NCBI GenBank assembly: GCA_041690135.1
Contig: JAWLHY010000002.1
Coordinates: forward strand, 1,008,342 to 1,072,341
Reading direction: 5' to 3'
Length of the DNA stretch: 64,000 nt
Source: Armatimonadota bacterium
GTDB lineage: Bacteria > Armatimonadota > SYMT01
Shown here: piece after piece, positions 27,294 to 35,154 of the stretch
How positions within the stretch are numbered: the stretch's first letter is position 1
Layout: the number at the start of each line of letters is the position of its first letter
Notes under the pieces: generated by a model
Told to the model about the DNA's origin: nothing
Seen by the model: only the letters and a program-made list of their open reading frames with translations
The model's database searches: none
Position numbers and translations under genes: made by a program

Positions 27294-29427
27294 AGTCTAC
27301 CGCTTGTGGTGTAGCCTCGACCGAGCAGGTGTGGAGTTACCGCGAGTGCATCCCCGGGTGAATATTCCGGGCAGTACCAGTGGGCCTTGTCTGCGAGTCC
27401 GACTTAACCCGGAAGGAAGAGTTGCCGGTCTCGACGGTGTCACCCCAGATGACTGGTCGGGGCTATGGACGGTAGTTAGAACCAGCGAGGGTAGCTTCCC
27501 GGTAATTCGTGTAAAGCAACCACTTCTTTCGGTGCCGGCTGGCCTTGTGCTGTGGGCAGAACTGGCTGAAGCAAAAAAGGCAAAGGATCAGCGCAGGCGC
27601 ATCCGGATCTTGCAAGAGGCTGTCAGCTTTGCTCCAGACGCGTTGTTGCTCAAGAAGACTCTTGACCTCATACGCCGTGTAAGAGACGAGAAGGCAGGCG
27701 AACTGCTCGCCTGCACCGACCCTTGCGATCCGGATTTTGCAGCCCTCCCGGAGTTCGCCCGACGTTTCCAGCTAGCGGCACGCGAGCCGCTAACTCTCCT
27801 CGGCGAGGTTGGTACACAGGCGGTAGCAGGTCTGCTTTCAGGGCAGTCGGAGCTTCTGGATGTTGTCGAGGTCCTTCTACTTGGGAAAGGCGCACCCATT
27901 GATGACGGCTCACGACCGGACATCAATATTCAGCTTGCCTTCTGCCTTGATGATGAGCGCCTCTACCGGCGCCGTCTTTATAGCCGACACATGCGAGAGT
28001 TCGTAATGCAGATCCTTCCCAGTGAGCCGGATGCAGGTGGCCGGCCAGCACCTACGGATGGACGTGCTGAGGCTCTGGAGTGCGCCTTTATCGGGGTTTC
28101 GAAGGGCCTGCAGCACTCTGCCTTTCCCCCAGTTCGGCTCCCCCTGGTTGCTGAGAAGGGGGTGCCGTTGGTCTCCATGTTTAGCGAGGCCGCGTGTAAC
28201 CGTCGCTACGGACTTACCGACTCCTCGGTCGTGCCTGTTGACAAAGGCATGGCCTTACAGATGGCTGCCGCACTCCGGTGGGTGACTCTTGATGAGCGAC
28301 GCGGTGTAACCTGGAGAGGCGTTGCAAGCGGGAAGTTCGAGGCTTCTTCCCGCGGGAAGGTGGAAAAGCGAGATCTCCTTCTGGTGTATGTCGAGGATGA
28401 GCCCGAAATTCGTGCGGAATTTGCTGACTTCTTTGGCACGGATGCCTCCACACTCCAGAAGCAATTCGACGTCGAAACGGCTTCTGTTTGCGAGGCACTC
28501 GAAGGTCTCTCCAAGCGGAAGCCTCAAAGTCAGCTAAACCTAATCCTCATTCGTCAGGCTTCCGAGGGTCAGGTGCACGTCGCTCTTGCAGAGTCCGTCT
28601 CGGTCGTGGAGCTTCTGCATGGGGCTCAGCGGTGGCAAGAAGGTGCCAGGAACCTCCCGCCAATCGCCTTGCCTGTTCCGGGCAGCAAAGGGCAGAAAGC
28701 CGAACTACATCGCCCACGTGCTCCCTTCCCTGATCAAGTGGTCCGTCTGCTATCTGAAGACTGGGTCACGAATGGGACCAGGTCGAACAAGGTGGAGGGG
28801 ATCGGCCTCGGTCAGGTACTCGAAGTAATGCTGTGCAAGCCGGGCAAGTGGGAGCCGGGAGCTCGGTACTTGTTGGACCTCACTCTGCGCCGCACACAAT
28901 CGCTGCTTGTAGGAGTATTTGGCGCCCTTCGCACACCCGACCGCCGGAAGTGGGATGACTATGGTGCCGCTGTAAGAGAGAATGCTCTTCGGAGTGTGAG
29001 CATAATGGGGATTCTCCTGAGTGCTCTCGACCGCCAGAAGGAGACTTATATGGATTCGCCCACATTTCTTGTCGGGCGCTTGCTGTCGCTCGCCGACACG
29101 CTCCACCTCGAATACTGCAAGCACGTACGGGGAGGCGATATCCCGCCGCAACTCATTGGCAATGCGCTGATGCCGGTCGCCCGTGATAATCCGCTGGCTG
29201 CCGTGGATCGGCTTGGCGAACGATTGAGTGTTTACAAGGCATGGGCCACCAAGGCATCCGGCGATGACGTGGGCCTCGCGAAGTGGGCGGTTGGGCAAAT
29301 GGGTGAGGTCTGCCGTAGTTTGGCGGAGAAGCCTCCGTCCATTACGACAAATGAGGTGGACAGGGCCGAGATCTTCCTCGGTTACATGGCGAGTACTAAA
29401 GGTTCGTCCGGTGGAACGAACGGTTGA
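27283..29427 (+). CDS. cas8: Divergent Cas8 large subunit (Cas8c/Csd1-like)
   Basis: About 715 aa between cas5 and cas7; C-terminal helical domain with FLVGRLLSLAD and FLGY typical of Cas8c/Cas11; remainder unrecognised. Confidence 0.75.
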   Translation: MLSEVYRLWCSLDRAGVELPRVHPRVNIPGSTSGPCLRVRLNPEGRVAGLDGVTPDDWSGLWTVVRTSEGSFPVIRVKQPLLSVPAGLVLWAELAEAKKAKDQRRRIRILQEAVSFAPDALLLKKTLDLIRRVRDEKAGELLACTDPCDPDFAALPEFARRFQLAAREPLTLLGEVGTQAVAGLLSGQSELLDVVEVLLLGKGAPIDDGSRPDINIQLAFCLDDERLYRRRLYSRHMREFVMQILPSEPDAGGRPAPTDGRAEALECAFIGVSKGLQHSAFPPVRLPLVAEKGVPLVSMFSEAACNRRYGLTDSSVVPVDKGMALQMAAALRWVTLDERRGVTWRGVASGKFEASSRGKVEKRDLLLVYVEDEPEIRAEFADFFGTDASTLQKQFDVETASVCEALEGLSKRKPQSQLNLILIRQASEGQVHVALAESVSVVELLHGAQRWQEGARNLPPIALPVPGSKGQKAELHRPRAPFPDQVVRLLSEDWVTNGTRSNKVEGIGLGQVLEVMLCKPGKWEPGARYLLDLTLRRTQSLLVGVFGALRTPDRRKWDDYGAAVRENALRSVSIMGILLSALDRQKETYMDSPTFLVGRLLSLADTLHLEYCKHVRGGDIPPQLIGNALMPVARDNPLAAVDRLGERLSVYKAWATKASGDDVGLAKWAVGQMGEVCRSLAEKPPSITTNEVDRAEIFLGYMASTKGSSGGTNG
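29050..29427 (+). CDS. cas11: Probable internally translated Cas11 small subunit (125 aa), in frame within cas8
   Basis: AAGGAG at 29038-29043, 6 nt before in-frame ATG at 29050 that starts MDSPTFLVGRLL. Confidence 0.7.
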   Translation: MDSPTFLVGRLLSLADTLHLEYCKHVRGGDIPPQLIGNALMPVARDNPLAAVDRLGERLSVYKAWATKASGDDVGLAKWAVGQMGEVCRSLAEKPPSITTNEVDRAEIFLGYMASTKGSSGGTNG

Positions 29428-29445
29428 GAACAACAGGAGGAGAAG

Positions 29446-30309
29446 ATGGCAGATAGCGGGACGGAGTCGGTGCCCCGAGCGACGGGGTTGCTGGTGATCG
29501 AAGTGCGGAACTCCAATCCGAACGGTGATCCGGACCAGGAGAGTGACCCTCGTCAGCGGAGTCATGATCTGCGCGGAGTCATTTCCGGTGTGTCATTCAA
29601 ACGTAAGTTGCGTGACCTGGTGCAGGACAAGGAAGGACCAGTCTGGACTGAGGTGAGCCGGCACTTGGGCATTGGTGACCTGAGTGAGGAGTTTCATATT
29701 CTCGAAAGCCGCGGACGCGTGAGAAAGACCATTGAGGAAGAGATCAAAAGCGGCAAGTTCGAGGGTAAGTACTGGGACGCACGTCTCTTCGGCAATACGT
29801 TTCTGGAGAAGGATGGCACTGACTCACTCCGCACTGGCGTTGCGCAGTTCCCAATAGGCATATCCGTGGCGCCTATTCGCATCGAGCGCATGACGAACAC
29901 CAACAAGTCCGGTGTTCAGGAAGGTAAAGATCGGGGCATGGCTCCTCTCGGGTATCGCGTCGTTGAACATGGGGTCTATTGTATGCCGTTCTTCATCAAC
30001 CCCACGGCGGCTACTCGCACTGGCTGCACGCGCCGCGACGTCGAACTGCTGTTGAAGCTCATTCCTTACGCATATCCCCACACCGCTTCGCACGTTCGTC
30101 CCTACGTTGAAGTGCGTCACGCCTGGTATGTCGAGCACAAGTCGCGGTTAGGGTCCTGCTCCGACTTCGCAATCATCGATGCCTTGACGCCTCGTCGGAC
30201 AGGAAATCCAGACGCACCTTCGACGAGTTGGGCCGATTACGATGTGCCAACGGATCTCGACGGCCTTCGAGATCGCGTTCAACCCCTCCGCGACCTGGTA
30301 GCTGAGTGA
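29446..30309 (+). CDS. cas7: Cas7 backbone subunit (Csd2/Csh2 type)
   Basis: NSNPNGDPD, ISGVSFKRKLRD, YWDARLFG, TGVAQF. Confidence 0.92.
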   Translation: MADSGTESVPRATGLLVIEVRNSNPNGDPDQESDPRQRSHDLRGVISGVSFKRKLRDLVQDKEGPVWTEVSRHLGIGDLSEEFHILESRGRVRKTIEEEIKSGKFEGKYWDARLFGNTFLEKDGTDSLRTGVAQFPIGISVAPIRIERMTNTNKSGVQEGKDRGMAPLGYRVVEHGVYCMPFFINPTAATRTGCTRRDVELLLKLIPYAYPHTASHVRPYVEVRHAWYVEHKSRLGSCSDFAIIDALTPRRTGNPDAPSTSWADYDVPTDLDGLRDRVQPLRDLVAE

Positions 30310-32513
30310 TGTCCGATCCTCTCGCCCATAGCCCGCGACCCCCGATTGCCTCCCAGAAGTACTGCGACCATGTGGGGAACGTGGGGAGAGGCGCGGCTAG
30401 GAACGCGTCCGCGGCCGCCACCTTCTATACCGGTGACAGTGCCCAGTTCGTGGATGTGGTCCGCGCGGCGGCGGACTACCACGATTTGGGAAAGCTGGAT
30501 GAAGCCAACCAGGAGGTGCTTCGCCGGGTATCGCGGGATCCGCTTCCGATAAGGCATGAGGACGCGGGGATCGCTGCACTCCTTCAGTTGCGCCGGAGGG
30601 AGTCGGCGATCCTCGTGGCGGCGCACCATGCGGGGCTCTTCGGTCAGGCCGCGGAGATGGAAAAGCCTGAGGGGCGATTGTTCCGCATTCCGGAAGTTGC
30701 GGATCGCACTGATCGATGCCTTGACGATTACCTTCGCGCTCATGAGGAAGCCGCATGCCCCGCCTGGTCGGAGTTACCGCCGAACCAGATTCACAGGTGC
30801 GGTTTCACGCGGCGGGTCGCGCTTTCATGTCTGGTGGATGCTGATCACGGAGATACGGCGCACAATTATGGTCGGGAGGTGGCCGTCGTCCCTCCCGACC
30901 CCAGGTGGGAGGAGCGCCTCGCAGCCCTCGACCGCTTTATTGCGAACCTCCCACGTGTGAACCCTGCTCGGGACGACCTTCGGCAAAGGGTGTTTGAATG
31001 TTGTCGTGCCGCTCCAATCGAGCCTGCGATCCGCTCCTGCGATGCCCCGGTCGGCAGTGGTAAGACGACAGCGGTCATGGCTCATCTGCTTCAGGCCGCG
31101 ATTGGAAAGAATCTGCGCCGCATCTTCGTCGTTCTTCCCTACACGAATATCATTCGCCAATCGGTGGAAATCTACCGGGATGCGCTCGTGCTGCCTGGCG
31201 AAAGGCCGGAGGACATCGTCGCCGAGCACCACCATCGGGCAGAGTTCCAGGACCTGGAGCTCCGTCAACTCGCCACACTCTGGCGTGCTCCCATCGTAGT
31301 GACCACGGCGGTTCAGTTTTTTGAAACGCTGGGAGCTTCTCATCCCGCCCGGCTTCGCAAACTGCACGAGTTGCCGGGTTCCGCAGTCTTTGTGGATGAG
31401 ACTCATGCCGCGATCCCCTCCCATCTTTGGCCGCAGATGTGGAAATGGCTGGAGACCTGGACGCGAGATTGGCGGGGGCACCTGGTTCTGGCGAGTGGAT
31501 CTCTACCACGCTTCTGGGAATTGGAAGAGTTTGTAGACCCACCGAGAGCGCCCAATGAGATACCGGATCTCGTCACCGAAGACCTCCGGCACGAGTTAGA
31601 GGCCGCCGAACAGGTGCGGACGCGACTACGCCGGCTTGACAACGGCTTGACCAGTCAGGAGTTGATCGACCTCGTAACCAGTCAGCCGGGCCCACGTCTC
31701 CTCATCCTGAACACGGTTCAGTCGGCGGCAGTGATCGCCGAACGGATGCGCAACCAGGGCCACCACGTAGTCCATCTCTCGACCGCTTTAGCGCCGGCGC
31801 ATCGGGATCTAATCGTTACGAGGGTGAAAGAACGGTTGCGCCTCGGATTCAACGACTGGACCCTGGTAGCGACCAGTTGCGTGGAGGCGGGGATGAACTT
31901 CTCCTTCCGTACCGGATTCCGCGAAAGTGCTGGAGTTGCCAACCTGATCCAGGTGAGCGGGCGCGTGAGTCGCGGTGGCGAACATTCCGAAGCCGTGGTT
32001 TGGGATTTTCGGCTGGTGTGCGATGCCATGCTCCGAGAGCATCCTGGCTTCCGCATTCCCCGGAGCGTATTGGCGAGACTATTCGATCAGGGCGCGATAG
32101 GCTCACTCTCGCCAAGTGATCTAACGAAGGAAGCGATGCGCCTGGAAGTGACGGACCGTTTCGAGGACCGGGCATGCGCTCTGCAGGATGCAGAGGAGAC
32201 TTTCGAGTATCCGACGGTGAGTAAGCTCTGCCGTGTCATCGAAGCGGATACCCGTACCGTGCTCATTGATCCTGAGTTAGCCCGGGCTTTGCTGCGGAAA
32301 GAGCAAGTCGACCGACGCCGGCTGATTCTCTATAGCGTCCAAATGTGGACCGATAAGCTCACGAAACTTCCCACCCACCTGCTGGTTGGGGAGCCCAACG
32401 ATCCCCAGGCGCTTTATGCGTGGGACGCTCCTTACGATCCCGACTTCCTGGGCTACATGGCCGGTGCAATCCCGATGTTGGAAGGTCTACGGGACGGCAT
32501 TTTCGTTGCATGA
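30306..32513 (+). CDS. cas3: Cas3 HD nuclease-helicase
   Basis: YHDLGK, AHHAGL, CLVDAD; APVGSGKT, LPYTNII.Q, VFVDETH, ILNTV, TSCVEAGM, QVSGRVSR. Confidence 0.93.
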   Translation: MMSDPLAHSPRPPIASQKYCDHVGNVGRGAARNASAAATFYTGDSAQFVDVVRAAADYHDLGKLDEANQEVLRRVSRDPLPIRHEDAGIAALLQLRRRESAILVAAHHAGLFGQAAEMEKPEGRLFRIPEVADRTDRCLDDYLRAHEEAACPAWSELPPNQIHRCGFTRRVALSCLVDADHGDTAHNYGREVAVVPPDPRWEERLAALDRFIANLPRVNPARDDLRQRVFECCRAAPIEPAIRSCDAPVGSGKTTAVMAHLLQAAIGKNLRRIFVVLPYTNIIRQSVEIYRDALVLPGERPEDIVAEHHHRAEFQDLELRQLATLWRAPIVVTTAVQFFETLGASHPARLRKLHELPGSAVFVDETHAAIPSHLWPQMWKWLETWTRDWRGHLVLASGSLPRFWELEEFVDPPRAPNEIPDLVTEDLRHELEAAEQVRTRLRRLDNGLTSQELIDLVTSQPGPRLLILNTVQSAAVIAERMRNQGHHVVHLSTALAPAHRDLIVTRVKERLRLGFNDWTLVATSCVEAGMNFSFRTGFRESAGVANLIQVSGRVSRGGEHSEAVVWDFRLVCDAMLREHPGFRIPRSVLARLFDQGAIGSLSPSDLTKEAMRLEVTDRFEDRACALQDAEETFEYPTVSKLCRVIEADTRTVLIDPELARALLRKEQVDRRRLILYSVQMWTDKLTKLPTHLLVGEPNDPQALYAWDAPYDPDFLGYMAGAIPMLEGLRDGIFVA

Positions 32514-32574
32514 GTTGGTGAGATCAGCCATCTTCCGCGTCTTCCCATACAGGCGGGCTCGCGGGTAAACAACC

Positions 32575-33207
32575 ATGTTCCCTGAAGAAGAGCTCGTCAT
32601 GATCTCGGCCATCGAGCACTACTCCTACTGCCCCCGGCAGTGCGCCCTCATCCACGTCGAGAGCATCTACCACGAGAACGTGCTCACCCTCCGCGGCAAT
32701 CACGCGCACACCCGGTCCGACGAGCCCGTCACCCGGATGGAGCGGGGGATCCGCATCGAGCGGGCGCTGCCCCTCTGGTCGGACCGCCTGGGCCTCACGG
32801 GGATCGCCGACGTGGTCGAGTTCCATCCGGACGGCGCCGTCTTCCCGGTGGAGCACAAGGTGGGTAAAACGCGCGGGCACCACCACGCCGCCCTCCAGCT
32901 CTGCGCCCAGGCCCTCTGCCTGGAGGAGATGCTGGCGGTCGCGGTCCCCTTCGGCGCGCTCTTCTCGCACGAAACCCGCCGGCGCGAGGAAGTGGCCCTG
33001 GGTCCGGATCTGCGCCGCGAAACGGAGCAGGTGGTGGCGGAGATTCGGCGGATGCGGACCGACGGCCACATGCCCCCGCCGGTCAACGACCGCCGCTGCC
33101 CGCGCTGCTCCCTGGTCGATGCCTGCGTTCCCGGCGCTGTCGCGGCGGCGGCGGCCCGCTCCGCCCGCTCTACCTGGGTGCTGGAACCCGAGGAGGCGAT
33201 CCTGTGA
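32575..33207 (+). CDS. cas4: Cas4 RecB-like nuclease
   Basis: HYSYCPRQCALIH, GIADVVEF, PVEHK, LQLCAQALCLEEM, CPRCSLVDAC. Confidence 0.95.
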   Translation: MFPEEELVMISAIEHYSYCPRQCALIHVESIYHENVLTLRGNHAHTRSDEPVTRMERGIRIERALPLWSDRLGLTGIADVVEFHPDGAVFPVEHKVGKTRGHHHAALQLCAQALCLEEMLAVAVPFGALFSHETRRREEVALGPDLRRETEQVVAEIRRMRTDGHMPPPVNDRRCPRCSLVDACVPGAVAAAAARSARSTWVLEPEEAIL

Positions 33208-34238
33208 CTCGCGAGCTGCTCAACACCCTCTACGTCACCACGCCCGGCGCCTACGTGCGGCTGGACCACGACACGCTCAAGGTCCAGTGCGACCGTGAAA
33301 CGCTCCTGCAGGTCCCCGTCCACCACCTGGGCGCCGTGGTGCTGTTCCACCGGGTATCCATCACCGGCGAGGCCCTCCGCCGCTGCGCCGCCGACGGTCG
33401 CGCCGTGGTGATGTTGGACCACCGTGGCCACTTCCAGGCGCGGGTCGTCGGCCCCACCAGCGGTAACGTCCTTCTCCGCAAGGCCCAGTACGACGCCCAG
33501 GCGAGCCCCACCGCCTGCACGGACATCGCCCGCCTCATGGTGGCGGGAAAGATCCGCAACAGCCGGACCACCCTCCTCCGGGGCGCCCGCGAGCGGCCGG
33601 AGGGGGAGGCCCGGCAGGCGCTCCGCGAAGCCGCCCAGGCCCTCGCCGGGACCCTCGAAGCCCTTCGCATCGCCGTCTCGCTCGAGCAGGTCCGCGGTCT
33701 CGAAGGCCTCGCCGCCGCCGGTTACTTCCATGCCTTCCCGCACCTGCTCACCGTCCCCACCGAGGAGTTCGCCTTTCGCACCCGCTCGCGCCGGCCCCCG
33801 CGCGACCGTACCAACGCCCTCCTCTCCTTCCTCTACACCCTGCTCACGGGCGACTGCACCGCCGCCATCGAAGGGGTGGGGCTCGACCCCCAGTTCGGCT
33901 ACCTCCACGCCCTCCGCCCCGGCCGCCCCGCCCTCGCCCTCGACCTGGTCGAAGAGCTGCGGAGCTGCGTCGCCGACCGCCTGGCGCTCGCCCTCATCAA
34001 CCGCCGCCAGGTCCGGCCCGAGCACTTCGAAGAGCGCGAAGGCGGCAGCGCCCTCCTCACCGCGGAAGGCCGTAAGCTCGTCCTCGCCGCCTACCAGAAG
34101 CGCAAGCAGGAAGAGGTTCCGCACCCGCTCCTCGCCAACCCCGTCCCCCTCGGCCTCGTCCCGCACCTCCAGGCCCGCCTCCTCGCCCGCCACCTCCGCG
34201 GCGAGCTGGAAGAATACCCCCCCTACCTCACCCGCTAA
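33204..34238 (+). CDS. cas1: Type I-C Cas1 endonuclease
   Basis: LLNTLYVTT, SGNVLLRKAQY, RGLEG, RSRRPPRD, NALLSFLY, GLDP..GYLH, LALDLVEELR, ARHLRGELEEYPP. Confidence 0.97.
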   Translation: MTRELLNTLYVTTPGAYVRLDHDTLKVQCDRETLLQVPVHHLGAVVLFHRVSITGEALRRCAADGRAVVMLDHRGHFQARVVGPTSGNVLLRKAQYDAQASPTACTDIARLMVAGKIRNSRTTLLRGARERPEGEARQALREAAQALAGTLEALRIAVSLEQVRGLEGLAAAGYFHAFPHLLTVPTEEFAFRTRSRRPPRDRTNALLSFLYTLLTGDCTAAIEGVGLDPQFGYLHALRPGRPALALDLVEELRSCVADRLALALINRRQVRPEHFEEREGGSALLTAEGRKLVLAAYQKRKQEEVPHPLLANPVPLGLVPHLQARLLARHLRGELEEYPPYLTR

Positions 34239-34328
34239 AACCACCCCCTGGTCCCCACCCGTCCGGCAACGCACCACGCAAAACGAACTCGGATCACCCC
34301 GCCCTACCCTTGGTCCGCGCCGGTCCGG

Positions 34329-34620
34329 TTACGCATTACGAATTACGCATTACGAATTACGCATTACAAAGCCCATATCCGAGACACCACTCTCGAATCA
34401 AGCGCATCCAAAGCACGTAAGCCTCACGCCTCACGCACACGTCGTGTCCTTAGCGGTTCGAATTACGCAATACGCATTACGCAATAAGCTCACGTCCGAG
34501 GCAAAATCCCTGCCCCCGCAGCCGCCCCGCACGTAAGTCTCACGCATTACGCATTACGAAACCCGTGTCCGAGGCACCACTCTCGAACCACGCGCAGCCA
34601 AAGCACGTAAGCCTCCCGCC
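34329..34620. repeat. Heptamer (TTACGCA/TTACGAA) tandem repeats interspersed with 45-50-nt CCGAG units, between cas1 and cas2
   Basis: Direct reading; duplicated unit at 34378 and 34567; related cluster at 44456-44737. Confidence 0.8.
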
Positions 34621-34621
34621 A

Positions 34622-34912
34622 ATGAACCTCCTCATTTGCTACGACGTGAACACCCTCACCCCCGAAGGCCGCAAGCGCCTCCGGAAAGTCGCCCAGGCCT
34701 GCCAGGCGTATGGGCAGCGCGTCCAGTACTCCGTCTTCGAGTGCACCGTCAACCCCGCCAACCTCGAACGCCTCCGCCAGCGCCTGGTCGCCATCATCCA
34801 TCCCTCCGAGGACAGCCTCCGTCTTTACTACCTCGGCGCCCGCCGCGAGGAAGTTGTCGAAGTCCACGGCCGCGACCACTACGTCGACTTCACCGAGCCG
34901 CTCATCCTGTAG
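34622..34912 (+). CDS. cas2: Cas2 endoribonuclease
   Basis: LLICYDV, RLRKVAQACQAYGQRVQYSVFEC, EDSLRLYYL. Confidence 0.96.
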   Translation: MNLLICYDVNTLTPEGRKRLRKVAQACQAYGQRVQYSVFECTVNPANLERLRQRLVAIIHPSEDSLRLYYLGARREEVVEVHGRDHYVDFTEPLIL

Positions 34913-35154
34913 TCAGCGGCGGAACGCGCACCTCACCAGCGCCTCAAGCACTGTAGCTCCATCGGCGCCGTGAACGAACTCCCGCCTGTCTCCGAAACGC
35001 CGCCGGTTAGCCGCGCCGTAATGTCGCGGATCGGAAGCAACGAGCTCGCAGCCGTTAGGTCCGCACAGGAGTTCGTGCCTGCCACAGGGAACGGTGGGGA
35101 GGACCCAGGGGGCGAAAGCTCTCCACCGCACGCGAAACCGTGCGTGGTGGGTCC
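34913..35154 (+). promoter_or_regulatory. CRISPR leader
   Basis: Non-coding region between cas2 and first repeat; ACGAACTCC/GGAGTTCGT inverted repeat; repeats homogeneous at this end and degenerate at the far end. Confidence 0.75.

Noticed and set aside
34329-34620. Second CRISPR array or hammerhead ribozyme between cas1 and cas2
   Set aside because: Repeats are variable heptamer tracts, the intervening units are themselves repeated, and no CTGATGA/GAAA core arrangement is present
34565-34621. N-terminal extension of Cas2
   Set aside because: Derived from the repeat unit; the Cas2 fold starts at ATG 34622
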